This document shows, in pieces, positions 52,351 through 62,485 of a stretch of 64,000 bases of DNA (its first letter is position 1; each line of letters opens with the position of its first letter). The DNA comes from Carpediemonas membranifera BICM (Eukaryota > Protista > Fornicata). Made by a program: the position numbers and the translations under genes. The notes beneath the pieces are model-generated. The model saw nothing but the letters and a program-made list of their open reading frames with translations. It was not told where the DNA came from and did not search any database. Location of the stretch: contig JAHDYR010000036.1 in the NCBI GenBank assembly GCA_019828565.1, positions 62,001 through 126,000 of the forward strand, written 5' to 3'.

Positions 52351-53931
52351 ATGGAGCGGCGAAGAGCCCCCTTCACCGAAGAGAACGTTGAGAGTAAGGA
52401 ACTTGCATCGCTTGGGCAAGCGTATGAGTCGTTATGCAGCAGTCATGGGCCGCAATCGACCGAAGCACGCGCTAAGAAGCATGAGGTTGCAATCGCGGCA
52501 GTACGGATCGCCAAACGATCTGTTGATAGATGTTTGTACCCCGCGCAACGATTCTTTGGTTATACAGCTAACATTGGTCATGCTCGGTCGCTTCTTTCTT
52601 GGCTGGACGAAGAAACCAGCCCTGACATGGCCGATTCATGGCCCAGCCACGAGCACAGGATGCGCATTAGAGCAGCGACAGCGCATCTCCTTGCGAAGAT
52701 AGAATCCAACCCCGACGAGGCTGTCGCCCACCTCAATCGTGCGCTCAAGCTTGAGTCGAGACTGAAGCTACGCCCGTCAATCGCATCGACACACCTCAAG
52801 CTGGCGTCACTAGATGCAGCAGCGGGACGGCACGTGAAGGCAACCCAGCATTGCACGTCTGCTGTCGAGACGCTCGATTACTCCTCGGCGCCCGTCAGCC
52901 TGCTCCTTACGGCCCTTCACAACCTTGCCATAGCACACCAGATGCAGGGGAGGACCAGGTTGGCACTCAGCCCAGTCCGGAGGGCGTATGAGCTTGCCAT
53001 CCGACACCTTGGAGAGGACGCCGAGCAGACGAAGACGATCAACCGCACCTTGAAGAAGATCCTCAGCGCTAGCACGGCTGACCCTGCTACTCCGACCACA
53101 CCGGTCACACGCGGTGCAGACCGGCCTTCTGTCCGCACTCTACTGGGCACATCCAGCCGGCCCTCGTCGCCGTTCACCCACAACCGCCGTGGACGCAAGT
53201 TCGACCCGGATTCACCCGTGATGATGGACCTCCATGTCGACCCCTCGGCCCCGCGCTGGGCCCGGGGCATGTCACCCCTGCCCTTTGCTCATGGATCAGA
53301 GTTTATCAGATCCCGGTCACAGTCGATTGAGTCGATACTGACCATGCCCGGTATGTCAGAGACGCCGCAGCTGCTGGGGTCGGCATCAGCCTCATCACTG
53401 CCCGACAGCACGCCGCCCACGGTTACCGGGATACGGCCACAGTTTGACAGCCCCCTCCGACAAGTGGAGCCATCTCATGCTGATGACGGCCGCACGATGG
53501 TCAGCAGGCCCGGGGACAAGGGCGCTAATGCCCAGTCACCCGCCCCGAGTCGCCTCAGGGAGGTCTGCCCCGCTCCCGCCGAGACTCAGCTGGCAATGGC
53601 CGGTAGCTCCCCGGCACATATGCAGACGGAGGCCGAGACCGTCCCCCTTGCAAGCCAGACTAGGCCCCAGCTGACGACTGCAACGACTCAAACCGACCCA
53701 GTCATGGTAGACCGTGGCAGTGACCCGGTCAATGTCGAACACGAGACACAGCTGAGGCCCGGCACGGGCTCTAGTAGGGCCAGCACTGGACGGAGGGACG
53801 GCTACCAACACTTTGTGGTCGGCAACTCTACCGTCGCCGTGCCGATGTCTCGTGTTTGGACCACACCCACACACCATGGGATGGGCGACTCCCAGTCACC
53901 GCTCCGGACACCGAGGCTGGGAGTTCAATGA
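52351..53931 (+). CDS. TPR (kinesin-light-chain-like) protein with disordered C-terminus
   Basis: AVAHLNRALKLE and TALHNLAIAHQMQGR...AYELAIRHLGED. Start taken at ATG 52351. Confidence 0.7.
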   Translation: MERRRAPFTEENVESKELASLGQAYESLCSSHGPQSTEARAKKHEVAIAAVRIAKRSVDRCLYPAQRFFGYTANIGHARSLLSWLDEETSPDMADSWPSHEHRMRIRAATAHLLAKIESNPDEAVAHLNRALKLESRLKLRPSIASTHLKLASLDAAAGRHVKATQHCTSAVETLDYSSAPVSLLLTALHNLAIAHQMQGRTRLALSPVRRAYELAIRHLGEDAEQTKTINRTLKKILSASTADPATPTTPVTRGADRPSVRTLLGTSSRPSSPFTHNRRGRKFDPDSPVMMDLHVDPSAPRWARGMSPLPFAHGSEFIRSRSQSIESILTMPGMSETPQLLGSASASSLPDSTPPTVTGIRPQFDSPLRQVEPSHADDGRTMVSRPGDKGANAQSPAPSRLREVCPAPAETQLAMAGSSPAHMQTEAETVPLASQTRPQLTTATTQTDPVMVDRGSDPVNVEHETQLRPGTGSSRASTGRRDGYQHFVVGNSTVAVPMSRVWTTPTHHGMGDSQSPLRTPRLGVQ

Positions 53932-54011
53932 TGATACTATAGCATGATTTACTGAATAGACCCGACGGCTCAGTATTATTGTCAAACCGATAATAAAAGC
54001 CGATTTAAAAC

Positions 54012-55022
54012 TTACCCTGCTGGGTTCCATATGATCTCGGCGAGCGGTGCTTGTATGAACAGCAGCGGCAGGTACCCGGCCAACCCGACCAGGCTCACAC
54101 TCGCCATGAGCCCTGCGCCCAGCCCGAACTCCTGGCTCATCCCGAATACTGTGCGGGCCAAGGGGAGCGTGGCGACGACAATGACGGCGACGGCGTCCCT
54201 GGTGCGAGGAATGCCGAGAACCATCATGACCAAGCTCATCGTGAGGAATGATAGGATGTGCCGCAGGAAGAGGAGACTGAGTATCTTGGCGGCGTCGCTC
54301 CTGCTGGGGAAGAGAAGCTTGAAGTCAAACGTTGCTCCGAGGGCAAACAGACCTGTGGCCGTGAGACTCTTGCCCATTGTGGTCCCGACGTCGACCAGGA
54401 CAGATGGGAGGCTGATACCGGCCAGTGACAGCAATATTCCAGCTATAACACACAAGAACATGGGGTTGGCGACGACTTTCCTCACAGTTCGGGTCAATAG
54501 GCGGGCCGTCTCCTTGGGGGTCTTGGATCCGGCACCCAGCTCCTGTCTGGCCTTGTAATACTCGCACAGTGCCCATAGTACCGGTAGTGTGATGGCTCTG
54601 TCGACGGTGCTGCTGATGGCATTGATGTAGATGTACTCAGAGCCGAGCAGACTGTCGACTACGGGTATCCCGAGCGCTATAGTGTTTCCCCACGTCATGC
54701 AGGTGTATCCCATGAAAAAAGCAGGGATGGAGAGGCTCTTGGCTGCCCAGAGCACGGGTAATAAGGCTGCAATGTTGGCAAGGCGGAACACGACGAAGAC
54801 CAGCAGAAGCCGCTTATCGAGGGTGTAGAAATCAGTTTCAGCCATTAGCTTCAGGAGTAGAAGCGGCGCTGCGGCTCGGGTTGCAAAGCTGTTCACTCCA
54901 AAGACCATGCGGTTGTCAAAAGTGCCTGTTATGCGGCGATAGGCGAAGCCTATGCCAAGGAAGGTGAATATGTACAGCTCAACTTCAAGGATACGAAGGA
55001 TGAGCTCTGCGGTGAGGGCCAT
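54012..55022 (-). CDS. Auxin efflux carrier (AEC/Mem_trans) family transporter, second member
   Basis: WGNTIALGIP, NPMFL, GLFALG and LPLA motifs; about 10 TM segments. Confidence 0.8.
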   Translation of the reverse strand: MALTAELILRILEVELYIFTFLGIGFAYRRITGTFDNRMVFGVNSFATRAAAPLLLLKLMAETDFYTLDKRLLLVFVVFRLANIAALLPVLWAAKSLSIPAFFMGYTCMTWGNTIALGIPVVDSLLGSEYIYINAISSTVDRAITLPVLWALCEYYKARQELGAGSKTPKETARLLTRTVRKVVANPMFLCVIAGILLSLAGISLPSVLVDVGTTMGKSLTATGLFALGATFDFKLLFPSRSDAAKILSLLFLRHILSFLTMSLVMMVLGIPRTRDAVAVIVVATLPLARTVFGMSQEFGLGAGLMASVSLVGLAGYLPLLFIQAPLAEIIWNPAG

Positions 55023-55450
55023 GCATCTGAGCTCATGATCAATTTTTACAGACCAAGAACTGGGCGCAGTCAGCCAGAAGGCTCCCACTGGTCAGGCGAC
55101 CGGGTGGTTACTGGGACTGTCTGGGACGGGGTCCAGCGGATCCACCAGCCCTGAAGCTCCTCCTCACTCTGAAGTTGCCCTGAATCAAGGCGAGATAAAG
55201 ATCAAACTTGAACGATGCAGGGGTCCAGTCCGTGACCAGGGCCTTGCTTGCGGCAGCCAGGATCTTAATAAGGCGGTCGAAGCCGTCAGCGAGGATGCAT
55301 GATAAAATGATCTCTTCATATTCCATATTCCTGCCGCACCGGGTCAGAGGCCCGTCCTGGCAGAACGCATGGCTCGGGTGGCCAGTAAGCGATCTGACCA
55401 GACTTGACCTGTCGAAAGTGATCGTGGAAGATTGACGACGATCGGTGGCT

Positions 55451-58400
55451 ATGAGCAGGATCGCTACGATGATGCGTCTCCTGGTAGTGATAGTGCTTAT
55501 CGTGTCCCTGATCGCTCCTGTTTCAGGCAAGGATGCTTCATACCACCTCACTGCTGCCAACAGCCACCCGAACGACGGATTTGGCTGGGCCATTGCCCTT
55601 GACGGCGAGGTCATGGTTGTTGGAGCCATTGGCACCGAGTCAGAGAAAGGCAGCGTATACGTCTTCACCAAGGACTTGGGCAAAATTGCGTGGAGCCAGC
55701 AAAAGCAGCACCACGCCAGCAACGGCCACGCGCAGGACAACTTCGGCAGTGCTGTCCGCCTAGACGATAGCTGGCTCATAGTTGGGGCCAGCCACTTCTC
55801 AAACGGCCAGGGCGCTGTGTACACGTTCGAGCGTGACGGGCTGAAATTCACCCAGACCCAGATGCTGCAAGCCAGCAACAAGGCTGACGCCGCCAACTTT
55901 GGCTATGCATTGGATCTGGAGGGGAACACCCTTCTTGTAGGCCAGCCCTACCTCGCCAAGACGACGGGGACGGGCACGTTTGACGCCTACGTCTTCACCC
56001 TCTCTGGCGGGGAATGGAGCAGTGAAGCCAAGCTGTCTGCACGCAGCGCCAGCCTCACCATGCAATATGGCCGGTCTGTGGCCCTCAGTGGCGATTTTGC
56101 TTTCATCGGCGCTCCCCGTAGCGGTAATAACGGTGCTGTCTACGTCTGGAACCATGACGGCAAGAGATGGTACAACAACCTACTGTGGCAGGGTTACGTC
56201 GCCGGCGAGCAGTTCGGCACGGCTGTAGCGACCGACAATGCCCGGGTCGCCATCGGAGCGCCCTACTGCTCCCACAGCGGCAAGGGAGGAGACGGGTATG
56301 GTCTATATTTATAACCTGGCGAGCGGGTCATGGAAGGAGGAGCAACAGGTCTCGGCCCCCGACCCCAATGCGAAGGATCACTTCGGCAGCTCGGTTGGGG
56401 TGTTCGGACATTACCTGACGATCGGAGCCCCGCTCGACGACGGCGACGCCACCGACAGCGGGGCTCTCTACCTCTACAAGCACGTCGGATCATGGGCATA
56501 CAATCAGAAGATGGCGCCCATCTCTTCGCTGGGGAACCAGGCCCACCTTGGCAACGCCGTCTTCATGGATAAGAACATGATCGTCGCCGGGGCCGTAGAT
56601 GAGAGCACCGGGGCCGGAGCCGTCTACACTGACGAGGAGGTATGCCCACCGGGCACATTCGCCTCTGACGAGCAGACCTGTACCGCCTGCCCGACCGGCC
56701 AATATTCGGGTGAGGATGCGTTGGAATGCATCAAGGCATCGCCGGGGTATCACGTCACTGGTGATGACCACACGAAGCAACGGCCTTGTCATAACGGCAA
56801 ATACCAGCCGAAGGAGGGCCAGAGCGCGTGTGTCGAGGCCTCGGCGGGATTCCATGTCCCCGACGACGGCAAGGCTCACGCCGCGCAGGACTATTGTGAC
56901 AACGGAACGTGGCAGGCTAAGACCGGTCAGGCCAACTGTGACCCGGCGGACAAGGGGTATCACGTGCCGAAGGACAGTCGACCACACGCGACACAGGACC
57001 CGTGTGACATGGGCGGGAAGTACCAGGACGAGACTGGCAAGAGCGGCTGCAAGACCACCAGCGCTGGCTACTACCGTGCCGACGATACTGCTGCAAAGAC
57101 GCCTCACCCGACGCAGCTGCCATGCTACAACGGCAAGTACCAGCCGAAGGAGGGCCAGAGCGAATGCGTGGTAGCCAGCAAGGGCTACTTCGTGCCCGAC
57201 AAGGCCGAGGCCCATCCGAGCCAGACAGCCTGTGCCAAGGGCAAGCACCAGGACGCGGTCGGTCAGAGTCACTGTGTCACGTGTGAGTCGGGTTATTACA
57301 CTAACGTCACCGCGACGGTCGACTGCAATCCTGCTACAGCCGGGTGGTATGTTTATGACGGCAACCACGGTGAGCAGGTGGTGTGTGACAGTGGCATGTA
57401 CCAGCCTAAACCTGCACAGAGCAAGTGTCTCGAGACCCAGCCCGGGTACTATGTTCCTGACGACGGTGAACCCCACCTTCGTCCCATCCCGTGCCCAGAC
57501 GGCCAGTACCAGGACAAGCCGCACGAGACGCGGTGTACCATGTGCCCCATCGGCCACTATGCCCCCACTACAGGCGAGGCCGACTGTCTGCCCGCCAGAG
57601 CCGGTTACTACGTGCCAGACAGCGACCGAGCCGAGGAGCTGCCATGCGATGACGGAAAGTACCAGCCTAATGAAGGCCAGGACAGTTGCTTAACAGCGGA
57701 CAAGGGTTGTTTCGTCCCATCCGATGGGAAACCGCATGCAACCCAGGACTATTGTGACAACGGCACGTGGCAGGCCAAGACCGGTCAGGCCAACTGTGAC
57801 CCGGCGGACAAGGGGTATCACGTGCCGAAGGACAGTCGACCACACGCGACACAGGACCCGTGTGACATGGGCGGGAAGTACCAGGACGAGACTGGCAAGA
57901 GCGGCTGCAAGACCACCAGCGCTGGCTACTACCGTGCCGACGATACTGCTGCAAAGACGCCTCACCCGACGCAGCTGCCATGCTACAACGGCAAGTACCA
58001 GCCGAAGGAGGGCCAGAGCGCGTGTGTCGAGGCCTCGGCGGGATTCCATGTCCCCGACGACGGCAAGGCTCACGCCGCCCAGGACTATTGTGACAACGGA
58101 ACGTGGCAGGCTAAGACCGGTCAGGCCAACTGTGACCCGGCGGACAAGGGGTATCACGTGCCGAAGGACAGTCGACCACACGCGACACAGGACCCGTGTG
58201 ACATGGGCGGGAAGTACCAGGACGAGACTGGCAAGAGCGGCTGCAAGACCACCAGCGCTGGCTACAACCGTGCCGACGATACTGCTGCAAAGACGCCTCA
58301 CCCGACGCAGCTGCCATGCTACAACGGCAAGTACCAGCCGAAGGAGGGCCAGAGCGAATGCGTGGTAGCCAGCAAGGGCTACTTCGTGCCCGACAAGGCC

Positions 58401-60335
58401 GAGGCCCATCCGAGCCAGACAGCCTGTGCCAAGGGCAAGCACCAGGACGCGGTCGGTCAGAGTCACTGTGTCACGTGTGAGTCGGGTTATTACACTAACG
58501 TCACCGCGACGGTCGACTGCAATCCTGCTACAGCCGGGTGGTATGTGAAAGACGCTGATCACACGCAGCAGCTGGTGTGTGATGACGGCCACTATCAGCC
58601 AGAGTCAGCCAAGGCCGTCTGCATCGAGTCTGCCCCCGGCTACTACGTCCCTGACGACAACAAGCCCCACCTACAGCAGACACAATGCGCGCCAGGGTCC
58701 TTCCAACCGGACCGAGCCCAGCCGTCCTGCCCAACGTGCGGTGTCGGCAACTACACGACTGACCCGACACAGGTGGCCTGCAAGATGGCGGACCCTGGGT
58801 GGTTCGTGAGCGATTCAGACCACACGCGAGAGCTCCCATGCTTCGATGGCAAGTATCAGCCCGACAGAATGCAGGACCGTTGTGTCATCGCGAGCAAGGG
58901 CCACTACGTCCCCAACGACGGCCAACCCCACCCGGCCCAGACCCCGTGCGACCTGGGCTATCACCAGACCTACACCGGGATGAGTATGTGCGACCCTTGC
59001 CTGACCGGCCGCTACTCTGACGAGACCGGCATGACCGACTGCAAGCTGTCAGATCCAGGGTACTACGTGCTCGACACTGACCACACGAGGCAACGGTGGT
59101 GCGTCAATGGCACGTATCAACCGGCCGCGGAGACTGACGGCTGCTTAGATGCAGACGCTGGGTATCACGTCCCTAGAAACGCCTCGGCGGTCCAATATCC
59201 GTGTAATGCCGGCCAGTACCAGCCTGAACACGGCAAGGAGTTCTGCCTCGACACGACGCCGGGCTACTTCGTCCCCAACGACGGGCAGCCCCACATCTAC
59301 GCCCAGGCCTGCGATGGTGGCCGCTTCCAGCCCATTTCCCACGCCAGTAGCTGTGAGTTCTGCCCCGCCGAGTCCAGCACGCCCGACGACGACCAGCCGC
59401 ACAAGTCGTGCGTGCGCTGGGTCCCCGTGGCGCCCAAGATCGACGCCAAGGACCGCATGGTGATCGAATCGTCCGTCATGAACGAGACTGTGGCGACGGT
59501 GGCGTTCGGCAAGGAGACCAACCCCTGCCAGCTGGTGCAGACGGCCGACGGCAACACTACGATCATCCCAGTTGTCACGGAGCCGACGGTCAAGGCCGGT
59601 ACTTACCCGATGAAGCTGGCCTACTCCGACGGCACTGCCGCCACGATCAACGTCAACGTCCCGACGGATTACACCATCCCCGAGGCCCGGACGTCGCTCA
59701 AGGGCGTCGTCATGCAGACCAGAGTCAACAGCACCATCTGCCCCGCCTCCATGACCGCCAGCCTGCTCGGGCCGACTGGGTTGACGGCCGCGGAGGTGGC
59801 CGACGACGGCACCGCGGTCTGTATTGCCCAGCAGGAGATCGACGCAGCCATCCTCACGGCCAAGCTGATCCCCGAGATGGAGCAGTCGCCGACGAACGTG
59901 TGTGCCCAGCTGCACGACGTGACGTTCAACTCGACTGAGCAGATCGGCATGCTCGCTGCAGGCGTGGAGCTCGCGCCCTATCTTGACGAGTTCGGCCGGC
60001 TCTGCGCCAGTACCGGGGCGGCCCATGTAGCCGTGAAGGAGGGAACTGACGCGAAGGAGGACGGCGACAACTACGTTTACGTCAGTCTCGACGGCCGCAG
60101 CTTCATCAGGGTCGTCATGGACAACTATGACCCTGCCTCAAGCCCCGACGCCGGCTCCAGCCCAGGCATGGCCGTCATCGTCGGTGGGTTCCTCCTCATC
60201 GGGGCATTCGTTGCTGTGTTCATTTCCGCCGTGGGCATGATAGCTGCGGTCGTTGTCTTTGGGGCGATCCATCAGCACCGGGCCCAGGACGGGATGAGGA
60301 AGCGGGTCAAGGTCAAGTACGCTAGATTGGAGTAG
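55451..60335 (+). CDS. Surface protein: signal peptide + FG-GAP beta-propeller + Cys-rich GCC2/GCC3-like repeats + TM; one frameshift near 56285
   Basis: ORF 55445-56314 (FGxAV/GAP repeats) continues in the +1 frame (56238-60335) with further FG-GAP repeats, many CxxGxYQ...C repeats and a C-terminal TM. Confidence 0.75.
56793..58546 (+). repeat. Near-identical intragenic direct repeats
   Basis: 56793-57352 is repeated at 57987-58546 (offset 1194). Sub-block 56886-57161 also occurs at 57744-58019, giving three copies. Confidence 0.9.
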
Positions 60336-60555
60336 CCGGGTGGCATCTTTCATAAAGTACCTTATTTCACTCAGCCCATTTCAGGTGACCCCATGGTTGG
60401 AAAGAGGGCACAAGTCACCGAATCAACGGTCACCCGCCAACTGGCGGCCAGGCCAGGCATGCTCAAAGTCAGCCATACCATCATTTGTGGAGCGGGGTCC
60501 ATGCGGCATAATGGTACAAATCCAAGGTCAAGAGAAATCCAGGCTGACAGAACTC

Positions 60556-62163
60556 ATGACGATGCAGAGCCTTGAAGACGTTCGTAGAGCATTTAAGCCT
60601 AATCTTCCCGCTGTACTCACTGCCAAACATCACACTGTTGCTGAAACTAGCCGCGTGGTGTCCGTCACCACCTCCATCCGCTCTTCCTTCCCGTCCACCT
60701 CCAACATGCCTTTCATTCGGTTTGAAGCAGGCGAAGGTTCTGATGCCGTGCGTCCCATGCGTGTTGGCGCCGTTCTTTCTGGTGGCCCAGCCCCCGGTGG
60801 CCACAATGTCATCACTGGCCTATATGATTCGTTGAAGGCCTTCCACCCCGAGTCGCGCCTGTACGGCTTCCTCAACGGCCCCAGTGGTATCGTCAGCAAC
60901 GACCACCTCCTTCTGGACGACGAGACGATCGCCCGCTACCGTAACCAGGGCGGCTTCGACATGCTGGGCTCTGGCCGCACGAAGCTCGAGACAGCCGAGC
61001 AGTTCGAGCGGGTCAACGCCACTGCCAAGGAGCTCGAGCTCGACGGCATCGTTGTCATCGGCGGCGATGACTCTAACACCAACGCCGCCGTCATGGCCGA
61101 ATGGTTTGCGGCGAACGGGTCACCACTTCGTGTCATCGGCGTGCCCAAGACCATTGACGGTGATCTCAAGAACGAGGACATCGAGGTCTCCTTTGGCTTC
61201 CACACTGCCACTCGCCTCTACTCTGAGCTCATCGGCAACGTCATGAAGGACGCCCGGTCCGGCCGCAAGTACTGGCACTTCATCCGCCTTATGGGCCGCG
61301 CCGCCTCGCATGTGACACTGGAGTGCGCCCTCGCCACGCACCCCAACGTCGTCCTCATCTCGGAGGAGATCTTCGCCAAGAACCAGAGCCTTAAGGATAT
61401 CGTCGCCTACCTCGCCGATGTGGTTGTCGCGCGTGCCGACAAGGGCAAGAACTATGGCGTCGTGGTGTTCCCTGAGGGCATCGTCGACAACGTTCCCATG
61501 CTGCGTTCCCTCATCGAGGAGCTCAACGACGTGACGACCGGCATGGACACCGCCTCCCCTGCCCTGGTCACTGAGCGCCTTGCCCCCCAGTCCGCCGAGA
61601 CCTACACTTCCCTGCCGGACGTCGTCCAGGAGCAGCTGCTGCTCGATCGGGACTCCCACGGTAACATCCAGATCTCCCGCATTGAGACGGAGAAGCTCCT
61701 CATCGAACTACTGCAGCGGGAGCTTGAGGACCGCCGCGATTACAAGGGCAGTTTCGACCCCATGGCCCACTTCTTCGGCTACGAGGGCAGAGCCGGCCTC
61801 CCCTCGAACTTCGACTGCACGTACTGCTACGGACTCGGCGTCACGGCCAGCGCCCTTGTTCGCGGCGGCCACACCGGCGTGATGTCTGCGCTGAAGGGAC
61901 TCCACCTCCCAGCGGAGCAGTGGACCCCGCTCGGCGTCCCCATCGTCTCGATGATGCACGAGGAGATCAGACACGGCGTCCCCAAGCCCGTGATCGAGAA
62001 GGCCCTGGTCGACCTCTGCGGAGCTAACTTCAAGCGTCTCGAGGCCGAGCGGCAGGCCTGGGAGGTTGAAGACAAGTTCGTGTGCGCCGGCCCCCTGCAG
62101 TTCGAAGGTGCTACTGCTGACTATGCGCCCATCAGCGTCCTCATCGACTCTGGGTGTCTTTGA
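60556..62163 (+). CDS. PFP: Pyrophosphate-dependent phosphofructokinase (long-clade PPi-PFK)
   Basis: SGGPAPGGHNV, GGDDSNTNA (Asp specifying PPi), PKTIDGDL, RLMGR and FFGYEGR. Start taken at ATG 60556. Confidence 0.95.
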   Translation: MTMQSLEDVRRAFKPNLPAVLTAKHHTVAETSRVVSVTTSIRSSFPSTSNMPFIRFEAGEGSDAVRPMRVGAVLSGGPAPGGHNVITGLYDSLKAFHPESRLYGFLNGPSGIVSNDHLLLDDETIARYRNQGGFDMLGSGRTKLETAEQFERVNATAKELELDGIVVIGGDDSNTNAAVMAEWFAANGSPLRVIGVPKTIDGDLKNEDIEVSFGFHTATRLYSELIGNVMKDARSGRKYWHFIRLMGRAASHVTLECALATHPNVVLISEEIFAKNQSLKDIVAYLADVVVARADKGKNYGVVVFPEGIVDNVPMLRSLIEELNDVTTGMDTASPALVTERLAPQSAETYTSLPDVVQEQLLLDRDSHGNIQISRIETEKLLIELLQRELEDRRDYKGSFDPMAHFFGYEGRAGLPSNFDCTYCYGLGVTASALVRGGHTGVMSALKGLHLPAEQWTPLGVPIVSMMHEEIRHGVPKPVIEKALVDLCGANFKRLEAERQAWEVEDKFVCAGPLQFEGATADYAPISVLIDSGCL

Positions 62164-62485
62164 TTGATGAGCATACAGCCCGCATAATTGATATTTTGTA
62201 AAGATACTCTCCACAATGCTCTACTTTATTCTCCTTCCTTGAGATCTCCATCCGGGAGTCTGGCCGCAGTGAAGAATATCAGAAACTGCCAGACCAAATT
62301 GTAGCGTTATGCAGGGTCTAATCGAAGCAGCGCGGGTCCACGCATGTCCTGGTACAGCCCATGGCAGGTCAGCAAAAGTCCCCCCCGACGGTGACACGAA
62401 CACCGCTAAGAATCGAACCCACGAAATGCCCCATAGAGAGCGATCATACAGCAGTGCAGTGAGAGTAAGCACTCAGGAAGAGGAA

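Noticed and set aside
52219-52376. Apparent head-to-head overlap of two TPR genes
   Set aside because: Arises from maximal ORF extension; internal ATGs (about 52250 and 52351) remove the overlap.
55108-55326. 72-aa minus ORF MEYEEIILSC...
   Set aside because: Codons look plausible but there is no recognisable motif; cannot be supported without expression data.
56793-58546. Repeats as a CRISPR-like array
   Set aside because: They are long in-frame coding repeats without a repeat-spacer structure.
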